From NCBI GenBank assembly GCA_012295275.1, contig CM022665.1:19468001-19532000 (forward strand): a stretch of 64,000 nucleotides of DNA, written 5' to 3'. Source of the DNA: Chrysomallon squamiferum. Its lineage: Eukaryota > Animalia > Mollusca. The translations under genes were made by a program, and so were the position numbers. How positions within the stretch are numbered: the first letter of the stretch is position 1; each line of letters starts with the position of its first letter. Shown piece after piece: positions 1-12,397 of this stretch. The notes below the pieces were generated by a model, which saw only the letters and a program-made list of their open reading frames with translations, searched no databases and was not told where the DNA came from.

Positions 1-247
1 GATGATGTGCATAGATCTTACGTTCCTAAATTCCTAGTAGAATGCATACTTAAATTATTATTTATGTTTAACTTTAAGAACGTTTTGAAATGTTCTTCTT
101 TCTCCTTGTTTTCTTCTAAAGAAATTGCTCTATTTTAGGGTCAGACATAACATATCAAATAATACACAAACCCATACATGTGCACTCACTCACACACACA
201 CTCAGATTATGTATCCTCTTTCAGTCTCTACTTTATTATTTTTTCAG

Positions 248-3200
248 ATACTGGAATGTCTGTACAGATTAAAATGGAGTCAGATGGATGGAATGGGTGC
301 TCTGATTATCTCACCTACCCGAGAACTTGCTTACCAGACTTTTGAGGTCTTGAAGAAAATAGGAAAGTTGCATGATTTTTCTGCTGGTCTTGTCATTGGA
401 GGAAAGGTGAAAAAAAAAATAATTTATGCATACCGTATTTTCATATAGCTACTGTGCTCCAACTTTCTTGTCATGTATTCATCAAGGCTTTTGTGGACAA
501 TGTTCCTTGATTTTAATTTCTTGTTGGTTTTTTGACAATGACAGTTGTGGCTTTTTTTTATCACATCTGTGATTTTTTGCAATATTTTTAATACATTTCT
601 GAAAACATTTCCTTGACAACCTAAAGATCACAAATTGTGATCAGTGATATTATTCTAGAAAATGTAATTAATAACAGTTTATGAGTAATGCAGTTGAAGT
701 TGATAATTGCCTCAGTGTACTGAACTGATATTCTATATATATATTTTTTTTTTATAGTTCCTGAGAGAAGAGGCGGAACGAATCACACACACAAACATTG
801 TGATTTGTACACCAGGTCGACTGCTTCAACACATGGATGAGACATACAACTTCACTGCAGACTTCTTGCAGATTCTCGGTTAGTTACAACACATCAGAAT
901 AGAAAATGGTTGTCCAATTTGATATGTGAATTTAGTTAAATTATAATAATAAACAAAAATTGTTTCTATTCATGTATATTAATATGGGTAGAAGTCATGT
1001 CAGCAGTCTCTCTACTTTGTGCAAGAGATGGCAGGCCCACCATCACTTACGGCTTACAACGAGTTTGCCCACCATTCAACAGCAACAGCAGCAATATGCG
1101 CCACCCATTTATTTAGTGAACTTCGTTTTGTGTAATAAATTAAACAGACACTTTGATTTTATTTAATTGCAAATAAAATAAACTTGTTAATAGTTAATGC
1201 ATTAATGCAATTATTTATAGGAGTATTTTTGACAAACAAGTAATTTGAACTGAGTTCAAAGTGCTTGTGCCCTGAACATTTTCTATACCATCCCTTCATT
1301 AACTTGCACCAGTCACACCCATTCCCACCATCCCTTTCACAAATGCTGGAGAGACAAATGCATGTCCATATACAATGAACTAAAAAAGTTTAAGGAATAT
1401 TTGTTATCTTTGTTTGAAGACATGTATTTTTTTCAGTATTTGGGTGACTTAAATACATTAATTTCACAATAGGTAATTTTTTTTTTCATGATTCTGATTT
1501 ATGAGTGAATGTATATAATTTATTTCTTTACTCATTTGTAGCGGTTGGTGACTGGTGATAATGGTTTCTTATGTATCCAATAGCAATAAAAAGAACAAAA
1601 GATTGAAACCATAGTAATTTAAATCTCTTCACTGTTTCAGTACTTGATGAAGCAGACAGAATTCTTGACATGGGGTTTGCTCAGACAATGAATGCTATAA
1701 TAGAAAACTTGCCTGCACAGAGACAAACACTGCTGTTCTCAGCAACACAGACAAAGTTGGTTTTACATATTTATTTAACTTTATAAAATTCTTGTCAGCT
1801 CAGTCATATTCAAAGTTTTCTAATTAGATTGAAATCATTTATTTTTAATTTTAAAAATGTCATAGCTTTGCATCCAGTTACATCAAAAGGATATTGATAC
1901 CTAAAGAGGTAAAGAAGTATATAAATAAAAATATTTTCTTTCACTTGCTTAGATTGTACTTTAAATCTTAAAATTATAGGAATAAATTAACTAAGTATAG
2001 TTTATTCTCTAATTAAACCAGACAATACTAATATGTGTTGTGAAATATAGACCATTAAAAATTATTTTTTGTCATATCTGAAATTATAGCCATAGGTATT
2101 GGAAATACAAAATCTGGAACAGTAAATTATTGCTATTATAAGCATCATTTTTTATGTTTTTTTTTTTTTTGTTGTTGTTTTTTTTTGAGCTGAATGAAGT
2201 TTAAATTTTTTATTTAGATCAGTTAAAGATCTGGCTCGGTTGAGTCTGAAAGAACCAATGTATGTTTCTGTTCATGAGCACTCAAAGCACAGCACACCTG
2301 CAAAACTGGAACAGGTAAGTTATGAGACTTGTAAGCAAAACAACATATTCAAAATAAAAATGACAATGCTGTAACCTAGTTGATTATTATTACTTTCATT
2401 TTCTTTTTTGTTTTTGTTTTTTTGTGCAAATAAGATAAAGGTTTATGCAAACTGTGTTGCCAGTTATTTTTTTTCTGGAATAAATTTATTTATGTAACTG
2501 ATATTTGTTTTGTTTTCATCTGTTAGTATGGTAACTTTCAACACCATGAATGTAAATATAATAATATATTAATATAATTTATATAAATCAGTGATAGAAG
2601 TCTTCTATAACTGAAAGAATAAAGAAAATTAAATGGTTACCTTTTCAAGAATAATATTAAAAACATAATTTCATTATAACTTACTAATCTGCATAATGTA
2701 ACATTTTCTTTTTATTAGAGTTATGTTATTTGTGAACTGCATGAGAAGTTGAATTTATTGTGGTCTTTCATCAAGAATCATCTCAAGTTAAAGATTCTTG
2801 TATTTATGGCCTGTTGCAAAGAGGTAAATATTTCACTTCTCTTTTTTTCACTTTACACATGAATGTGCAGATAATTACTGTTGTGATGACTGTCACTTCT
2901 GCTTTTAAAATGTTTTGTTTTAGATAACTGAATTAGTTTCTATCAAAAACTATATTCAGTATTGTTATTTTATTTTTATCATTGTCATCTTAGGTTTTAT
3001 TTAGTCTTCAAAATACAATTTATATTCTTACTGATAAAAGAAATTAATAAAAGGTAGAATTATGTGCATAAATAACAATATAAGCACTGTTTTTGTAGGT
3101 GAAGTATTTGTGTGAGGCCTTCAGAAAACTGAGACCAGGTGTTCCAGTTTTGGCAATGCATGGAGGAATGAATCAACTGAAGAGAGTAGCTACATATGAC

Positions 3201-6200
3201 CAGTTCTGCAACAAACAAAATGTGGTTCTGTTTGCTACTGATGTGGCTGCCAGAGGTCTGGGTAAGTAAACGTATCATGTAAATTTTCTGTCATCAAATC
3301 AAATAAATATTGAATTCAAATAAAACTAAAATATTACATAAACCATTGTAAAAATCTGGACATTAAAAACAAAAATATATATTAGTCTTTGTTAATGTGT
3401 TGTATCCTGTTGTACAGTAAATGCTTTAAAAGATATCATATTCAGTAAATCTTTCAGCTATGAAGTAAACAGTGATGTGAGTAGTCACGAAATTATTTTT
3501 GAATATTATTACAAGGCAGGATATGTATATATGTGTATTCATGTATTTTATTTAAATCAGATATGCATTTACAAGATGGATTACACTTTGACTTACTGGT
3601 GTATCTTAAAATATTGAAGTATATCTGCACAAACATATATTTTCTAGATTTTCCTGAAGTAGACTGGGTTCTTCAATTGGATTGTCCGGAAGATGCTAAC
3701 ACATACATTCACAGGGTTGGACGAACTGCCAGGTAGAGTCTACATCATCTTGTTTCCTAAATCATGAATCAGTTTTAAATGAGAACTTCGTGTTATAAAC
3801 AGTTTGGTTAGTTCTGACATATGAACATTTATTTAGAACCTCAGCTTCATAACAGTCAAATGTATATTTTATGTTATATATATAATCAGTTTTTTACTGT
3901 TTAAGATATATTTTTAAATATTCATAACTGAAAAACACAAGCTAATGAAACTTTCCAATTCAAAAGTTATATAGAAAGAGCACAAATTAATTTATCCTTT
4001 ATCTACATTTCACATAGTCATGTTAACAAGTAGCTCACTATATACTGAATATTAGTTTATCTCTTTTATCGTTTTGTTTTGAAATTTGAAAATAGAAAGT
4101 TAATATTATTTTTGTGTTTATAGCAAAGGTTTTACTCTGTAGTATATTTGGAGTACACACATCATAAACAGAAAATAATAATTAAAAAAATAGAAAATTA
4201 AATTGTTGCTTAACTGTACCACATTGTAGATATCACAAAGATGGTGAGTCTCTTCTGGTTTTGTTGCCTTCAGAGGAAGATGAAATGATTAAACAGTTAC
4301 AGCAGAAGAAAATTCCTATCAACAAAATTAAGTAGGTTGAAATGTTGACGTAGATTTTAACGTTAACTTGTATTACCTGATTGATCTATCAAACCTTTTA
4401 TTTATTCAAAACAAAATGAAAATGATTATAACTATATTATAACTGCTGTATAAACACTTAAAAATATATTTAAAATGTTATAAATAGTGCAACAGTGACA
4501 TTAAAACGATATCTAAAGATGGTTGATACAAACATATTGCCAATACAGATGCTTGAAATACCATTAAGGGTGTAGAAATGAGTCATTAACTTGATTAAGT
4601 GGGGAGTGCCTGCATACTTTTCTGACTTCAAAAGGACTTAAATTGCTTATGGTATGTAAAAAATCCATTCTTGCAAATAGATCAGTAGAGTCAGCAAAAG
4701 ACCATCTAAAAACAGTTAAGTTAATATGTGTGTGCGTATATTCCTTGTTTTATAGAGTTCTTTTAGTCTGATGGTCAGATATATATTCTATACAAATTTT
4801 ATTATCTGTGGAACACATAAAACCACTGCCTAAATATTTAAAGTAATGTGCAACTTATAAAATGGTGTGTTTTATATATGAATTGGTCATGCAAAACGTG
4901 TAAATAATGATGTTGCAGGTTATACACAGTTGCTTTTGTATTCTGCAAAATATCATGTGTGTCTTATACATTTGTAGGTTTTTTTTTAAAAACTAATATA
5001 TATTTATTCATTCCTAAATACTATGATTATAATTTAAATTAAGTATAAATATGTAGCTGTGGTTAACAGTGAATACATAAAATAAATCTATTACCATTTT
5101 TACTTGGTAAGATTAAACTTATGTGATTTTGTCTTTGTCAGTTTTCTGGAATTACATAACTTAAAAAAGTATCGAAACTTGGCCACAGCAAAAATATGAT
5201 TTCATGACTTATTGCACACATCTTTGCGATAAAATGATCAGATAAATGATTAATATTGCAACAGATATTTTCTGCTATACCATTGTTAAAAGTGATTATT
5301 ATTATTGTTAATGTTATAAATTAATTTCTAGTGTTAATCCAAAAAGACAGCTAAACATTCAGCCCAAGTTACAGTCCCAGTGTGCTGCAGACTATGAACT
5401 GAAGCAGAGTGCACAGAGGGTAAGTAAAAACAAATGATGTCTCATTTCTTTTTATATTTATACTGCTGGTACCAAATTGTTTATGGATTTACTGGATTTG
5501 TTGATACTGGCTAAATATACACACACAATTTAAAGTAAAGAATGAAACTTCATTTAACAGACAAAAATTAATACACTGTTAAAGCAAGGGTTGTGTGATC
5601 TTCATTGATCCACTTAAAATTCTTAAAATATCTGTCGAATAATGTATAAAGAATTAAACAAAGAAAATTAAAGAAAATAATTTTGATTAAACATTACATA
5701 TGTGAATTAATACACTTCTTAATGAACCTTAACATGATTACAATAAGATGCATAATAAATTGGATAAAAATTAATTTACATAAAAGATACTCTACACACC
5801 TGTACATATATATATATATATACTAATGACTTACTGTGAGAGGATTACCGCTGTACAGCTACAGTCTCTAAATTTCTGTTTTCTGTCTTATGACAAGACT
5901 TTCAAATTGATACAACATTTGCTTCTACCATAGTTTAAAATTTTGGTAGCTGCCATTACCTATCTTGGTAGTTACAACATTAATATAATGTCCTTTTAAA
6001 AGATATTTTTAAACATATATTTGTTTATTACATGTATTGCAATATAACACAGGTGTTCAGAGACTTGAATTGTCCAAAAAGATATTTCATAAAGCATAAC
6101 ATTTATTACTTAAATAGGCATTTGTATCTTACCTGAGAAGTGTGTACTTGATGGGTTCTAAGGATGTTTTTGACTTCAGAAAACTGGACACTGACAAGTT

Positions 6201-9200
6201 TTCCAGGTGAATGTTCAGTTTTATTTTTAATTTTATATGAACTGAAATGCTTCTGTATCGATTTAATTTTTAAAATTCTTTTTTAAACAAAGTTTATTTT
6301 GCAAAAATAGCTTATTTTTATTGCTTATGTTAATTATTAACTGTTATATTTAGAAACTAAAATAATGTGATGATAATGCACAATATTTGTTACACCTTAT
6401 ATTAGTCATTTTCCTTACACCTAAACACTGTATATATATTTTATTTTTTTATTTTTTTAGTTCACTTGGACTTGTAATTCCACCAAGAATTCGATTTCTA
6501 CAGAGAGATGAAAAGAGAAGACAACACAGATTGGCTCACAATAATCTGCAAGGAAAAAAGAATCACAATGAAAACAGTTTGAAACTTCAACCAAAAAACA
6601 AAATTCAGCTGGAAGATTTGAAAGAGAATATTTTGGAAGACCATTCTTCTTCAAATAATGACTCTGATCTGGATGAAGAGAGTGAGGGAAGTGAAGAGTC
6701 TATTGATGATTCAGATCTGGAACTTAACAAAAGAAAAGCTAGTTTCAAAAAACAAAAAAACCACAAGACAGGTGAAAAATTGACTTCCCACAGTGAAAAC
6801 AGTTTGAACTCTGGTAGTGATACTGACTCAGATGATGAAGACCTTGTTGAAAGCTCAAATAATTCTGATTCCAGTGAGTCAGAAGATAATGAGGTTTTAA
6901 ATAAAGATAATTCTAGATCAGCAGGTACATACAACTTCAGTGTCTGTGAAGATGAAGATGAAGAGTTGTTTAAAGTGAAGAGAAGAATAGACATTGAGGA
7001 AAAAGAAGAAGTGAGACAAATTTTGTTATCTTGTACATTTTTTTGTTTAACTAATATTTTTAATATTTAATTTTTCTGTTAATTTGGAAATAACTATTAA
7101 CTACCTACTCTTCCCTCCCAAAAAAACAACAACAACAATAAACAAATACCTCATATTCAGGTTCAGTATACTTTTTAAGTATTTATTTAACAATAATATT
7201 ATAAAAAGTGATAAACTGATATGTTTAGATGTCTTTAACTTTTTGTTTTCCTTTATTAAAAATAATGGAGAACTAAAGTCAAACAAAACAATATATAAGA
7301 GTAACAAATAATAAATTTTTAAAATATTTTAAAAAGTATTAAAATACTTTACGGTCCAGTGAAAATCAATAACACAAGAAAAAGTGACGAAAAAAATTGT
7401 TTTGTAATTCCTCTGAAAATTTCCGTGACAGTACAAAATGAGGATACTTTTCTCAGTAACGTCAGTCATAATAAATCACAATTTTATTTCAGTTGCCAAC
7501 ATTACTAAAACCTAGTAAAAAAGAAAAAAAGAAAGTAACCAAAATAGCTGAAGCCAAGAAATTATTGAAGAAGAAAATTAAGTTAAATATCAAAACAATT
7601 TTTGATGAAGATGGAGAGGTAATGTATGCAATAAATATGTGTATTAATCCTAATTATCATATTAATAAATACTGTAACCAGTTATTACCATAAAATGTAT
7701 TCACTTTTATTAGTCTAGTATTAGAAAATGTAAATTAAAAATAATAAAGTAAATAGATAATTTCAAAGATAAATTATAACTTCAGATATTAGTGAATTCA
7801 AATATATTCACAAAGCAAAAATCAAAAATTAACCAAGAGATATTACTACGTCCTTCATAAATCTTATTAATGTTTATTATTTTATTTTCATCTTTTGTGT
7901 TTATAAATGTTTCATAAATGTAGATTTGTTCAAGGTTATTTCTGATCCTCATCGAGTACCTCAGGTAAAAACTGATGATCCAGATGAAGTCGGAGGAATA
8001 AATATTTCTACAGCCAGGAAGAGACTGGCAGAGGAAGATAAGTTTGACAAGCAGCTTTTCCATCAGAGAGTGAAACAAAGCCATAGAGTAAAGTTTTATG
8101 TTACAGTTTGATGTTAAAATATAGAATATAATAACATAAATTTCATGTTTTTACTATAAACTGAATTAGCAGTTATTTAATTCTATATTATTATGAGACA
8201 GGATGTATATTAATTTAACACATTCTTTTGAAAAGTATGAAACAAAAAAATAAATAGGTTTGTAATATTATTGATTTAACAATTGATGTGAATTGGCATA
8301 TTTTTCATTAAGTTGCAAAACCAGTGATTATCAACACATCACTTATTTCATTTGTACAGTTACAATCAATAAATGAATCTTTGAACAGTATTAATTGTAT
8401 CATTTTCAGTCATCAAAGAATGGTTTTATCGTGAAGTACAGAATAATGATAACAAAAGCAAATAATAAATTATCAATTTATGATTGTGTTCGTGATTTGT
8501 TTACTTAAGAAAACAAAAACTAGATATATATATATATATTATATCATTTTTATACTTTTTTGATTTTCATAATTTAATTACAGAAAATGATTCAACCTGT
8601 TATTTATTTATTTTCAGGAAAAGCGTCTGAAAGAGAAAGAGAAAAGAAGAGCTAAAAGAAAGCCAGCTAATGTAGAAGTAAGTCCAATTAAATTTATAAA
8701 GTATAGATAATTACTTTGATCAGTTGCTGATACATGTAATTTAGCATATTTCAGATTTACAAATTCATTTTTTTTTTTTTTTTAATAAATGTAAATTAAG
8801 GATGGAAAAAGTATATTAACAGTATAGAAATTTAAAAAAAAAATTGTGTTATTTACGGTTATTACTGTTATATTGGGTTCTATTTGCTTTTGTAGGAGGA
8901 TGCTGAGTCAATGCAAAGTGTGGACAGTGCAGAAGAGAAATCTTTTCTTGATGATCTACCTGATCCAGACAAGATCTATGGTCCTCACTCTGCCTCTGGT
9001 CAGTCTGATGAAGACTTTGAAGAAAACAGTGAGACAGAAAATGATAGTGATGATAACAGGTGATCACATTGCTTTTTTTTTTTTTTTTAATAATATTAAA
9101 TATTAGTTTATAGCTAGTTTTATAACCTTACATAAATACTGTTCAAGTGGATTTAAAAAATATATATATTATTTACTTTCCATTTATGAGATATTCCAGG

Positions 9201-9728
9201 TCCTGGTTTTAATTAAGGTATCAAGAATGTAAAATATTAACACTATTAATAAAAATGGCTGTTAAAAGATAGCTCTGGATGTTAAAAAATAGAAATGGAT
9301 TGATACTGTGTCATCATAGCACAAAAAAATGTTTCTTTTTAAAGCTTTTTTAATTCACATTGGTGAGTCATAAATGGTTGTTTTACACATTTGAAAATAA
9401 CGTTTAGGTTTCGGGTTTTTTTTAAATTTAATATAAATAATTTCTGTTTGATAGTAACTGCTCAAGAGTTGAATAAACCTTACATTATTTTTCTCTTTTA
9501 TCAGCTACCATTAAGAGTCAAATGACCTTTTTAATATAGATTATTTACTTTTAACAAGTGATGTTATTTTTTTTTAATTATTTGGTTTTCAGACCTCCAC
9601 TAAAAAGAAGAAAAAGACAACAGGTGGACAGTTCTGAAGCTAGCAGTGATTATGAAGATACTAAGCTTGGTGTTGATTCATCATTATATGATGATGAAGC
9701 AATGGCTCTTAAATTACTTGGAACATAA
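248..9728 (+). CDS. DDX10: ATP-dependent DEAD-box RNA helicase DDX10/Dbp4 (5'-partial; 16 coding exons in the window, about 770 aa visible)
   Basis: Exons 248-406, 758-878, 1641-1755, 2218-2314, 2719-2823, 3099-3261, 3648-3732, 4230-4331, 5332-5419, 6118-6206, 6461-7010, 7493-7618, 7935-8087, 8618-8677, 8896-9059, 9593-9728(TAA). All introns are GT-AG, phases are compatible, and the total is 2313 nt. Motifs: [16 protein letters not shown] (Ia), [12 protein letters not shown] (Ib), [13 protein letters not shown] (II), LFSATQT (III), [11 protein letters not shown] (V), [10 protein letters not shown] (VI). DDX10-like segments [12 protein letters not shown] and [13 protein letters not shown]. The Q motif and Walker A lie upstream of the window. 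Confidence 0.95.
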
Positions 9729-10700
9729 ATTGTTAAATTTCAATGTTTGTACTGTCATGCAAAATTCTCTTATAATAAGAGCAAACATTAAAAGATTTAA
9801 AATTTTATTTATTTGCCTTTTTTCTGTTTATCTTTTTGTTCTTTGTTTTTATTTAAACTGATATGCTTTTTAGTTTTACTAATTAAAATTTCATAATTTC
9901 CATATTTATTTCATATTTTAGCTTTAACATAAAACCAAAATAACAAAATTATCAGATGAATTATTCTGGTTCATCCATTATTTCAGAAAAAGAATCAAGA
10001 ACACAACTGCAATGTGTATAACTCAATGACCTAACCATCTATCAAGGAATCACGAACTGCTTTAGCATAATGTGGAGGAGCACTATCTTGTAGGAAAAAA
10101 AAAAAAAAACCCAGTAAAAATAGAAATAACAACAATAATAATAACAGAAATACTATTACTAATAAAAAAAATAACAAAACTGATATATAAAGAAGTTTTA
10201 TTTCAAGTTTATTATTTAAATGTTATCCAGTAAAACTTGGAACTGTGATAGTTATTCATGTATGTAGAATTAAGCATAAAATTTTGATTATTTTACAAAT
10301 TTTACTGTCTTTTGGATAAATATTTAGCACAACAATTTAGACACAATTCATTGATTAATGAATGAAATTAAAGTTGCCACATGTTTCTACATCTATTTCG
10401 TGGACTACTTTTGTTTGATTAGCAGCAACTTTCTTATGGACAAACAAACCACTGCTTTTGATAAACCTTTTGTAAGACCCTGACTGTAACTGGAAATAAC
10501 TCGCCTGATGACATCACTAAAACAGCTATTCTCCATAGGGCTAAATACATATTTTTTACCACAGGACTATCGAATAAAATAAAATTTCAATACATTCAAC
10601 AAAAAAAAAAAAAAAATTTCAGTTAGAAGAAACTTAATTTTACCTAACATAACCTTACAGTTTCAAACCAAAGAAGGGCGATTAGTTATACCACTCACAA

Positions 10701-11913
10701 TTATATAAATTCAGGCTCGAAGAAGTCGGCATCGGCAAAGAGAAGAATGTGACAAATTCTGCTGAAGTCAATCCTCTGAGCATAGTTAATATAGTGCATA
10801 CACCTGAAATATATATTTGATTTTAATAGTTTTATATGCCTGATTACATTTATAGATTATTAAAACTAATATGAGTTTATCAATACAGTTTGAAAATTCA
10901 CTATCCATACTGGAAGCATTTTGGGTTTTGGAATATAAGGAGATAGCTTGAGAATAGAATCCAAGTCTAAACATGAATTCCAAATACGTTTCATATACAA
11001 CATGTACAGAATGGTCTAACAATTTTTTGTGCAAGAAATAATGTTTGTGTATGCAAAACAATCCAAAAACTTTAAGATGACACTATTTTGGATTTTGGAA
11101 TTTCAGATAAGAGATCCTCAAACTGAACTACTTATTAAAATTAAATTTATTAAAGTTAATCTTTAGAAGTGAGATTACCATATTTGAAAAAATAATATAC
11201 TGAATAATTTGTGGGTAAAAAACAGTAAGAATTCAACCTTGAATTCCTGTGTTTGACAGTTAATAGCAACTTCAGTTGGGTCTATTGGGTCAAACGGGGA
11301 AACTGGATCCCCATCTGTCATTTTCAAAGTTATTTCAAACTGGAACTCTTCGATGAAACTGAGGGGTAAAGTGAAACCCAATGTCAATGTTAGAATCCCA
11401 ACTTTTGTACCGTCACCACACTGAAGGTTAAAAGAAAAACTGCAAAAACCCAGCAAAAACATTTAATCATACATCTGTGTATCAGAAAAAATAAGCAAAT
11501 GGTAAACATTGTAAAACCTTTCTTCAGCTACAGAAATCAGAAGAACAAATCAACTTTTGAAATCTTTGCTGTAGAAACACTTTTTAAATTCTTGTAAGAA
11601 AACAAATTTTATACTAAGACCTGCCACATTGCAATAAGTACAACATAATTATCATTTAAGAGATGTACTTGATATATACAGATTTCCACATGATTTACAA
11701 ACTTCATCAAGCCTACTTTAGATTTTCAGCATGTTCTGTGGGGGAAAGCATTTGGTATAGATGCATTTCAAAGACAAGCATTTCAGTAAAAAATAAACTT
11801 AATCAGATTTTAAAATTAACTGAAAAATTAGAAGTTCCACCTTTGTGCCTTCTTCTTGGGTGTTCCCTGAACGATGACCCAGCTGGTATGTGTTCAAGCA
11901 CAGCTTTCTCCCA
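10701..11913 (-). pseudogene. Galectin-like (single CRD visible) disrupted gene, 3 exons
   Basis: Minus-strand exons 11841-11913 (..WVIVQGTPKKKAQ), 11238-11439 (SFSFNLQCGDG..DIGFHFTPQFHRRVPV*NNFENDRWGS..SPFDPIDPTEVAINCQTQEFK) and 10701-10803 (..MHYINYAQRIDFSRICHILLFADADFFEPEFI*) follow the galectin strand order. Recovering the fold needs frameshifts near 11400, 11300 and 10800, and passes an in-frame TGA at 11335-11337. Splice sites are intact. Confidence 0.75.
10886..11125. mobile_element. Tigger-type MITE resembling Tigger4/MER46 (Zombi), inside the galectin-like intron
   Basis: Left end TA|CAGTTTGAAAATTCACTATCC and right end GATAAGAGATCCTCAAACTG form an imperfect TIR pair. The internal CCAAGTCTAAACATGAATTC..GTTTCATATACA and TTTTGGATTTTGGAAT motifs match my recollection of the Tigger4/MER46 consensus. 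Confidence 0.6.
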
Positions 11914-12397
11914 CTGAATATTTAAATAAAACAAAGCATGGTGTTATATACATTAAACATTGATTGTAATATTTAATTATTAGTAAACTGAAAAACTATT
12001 TCTAACAATTTTGAAATTTACCTTGAACATGTTACTTTTAGTGATAATATTTTCATTATTAACTTCTTGCTGTTCTGACAATAAGGGGAAAACACAGAAA
12101 CTTTGTGTTTCTGTAATTTTACTAACCTTTAAACTAAAAAGCATGACAACTAACATACAATTTAGTACATCTCTGAAATGGAATATCAACTATTCTGCTA
12201 TTGATTACCAGAAAAACTTAATCATGTTCTTGTGTGCAATTCCTCTTGGGAGCAATGTTTTCTTCCTCTGCATTTTATGACACCTGATAGAATACATCCA
12301 TTGTAGAGTGTAGTTAATGAAATGGCCTTTTAGTAGGTCTTAATAAACCACTGGTGTTTTTGGGGGCAGGGGGTTTGACTGCAGAATCAAAATCATT

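Noticed and set aside
2883-2931. C-box/D-box pair (GTGATGA..CTGA) in a DDX10 intron, and similar motifs at about 17933 and 62941
   Set aside because: Too short or on the wrong strand, with no terminal stem or convincing rRNA antisense element. Expected by chance in AT-rich DNA.
6605-6994. 129-aa Ser/Leu-rich ORF on the minus strand
   Set aside because: It is the antisense shadow of the acidic DDX10 exon.
7929-7934. AAG splice acceptors (also 21891 in TALDO1 and 35297 in INSC)
   Set aside because: Uncommon but normal acceptors, required by reading-frame continuity. Not evidence of unusual splicing.
10350-10570. Open stretches on the minus strand downstream of the galectin-like stop
   Set aside because: No recognisable homology and no consistent frame or splice partner. 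Probably 3' UTR or intergenic.
11335-11337. In-frame TGA in the galectin frame as selenocysteine or readthrough
   Set aside because: It aligns with a conserved Arg position (CGA>TGA decay) and is accompanied by several frameshifts. No SECIS was recognised.
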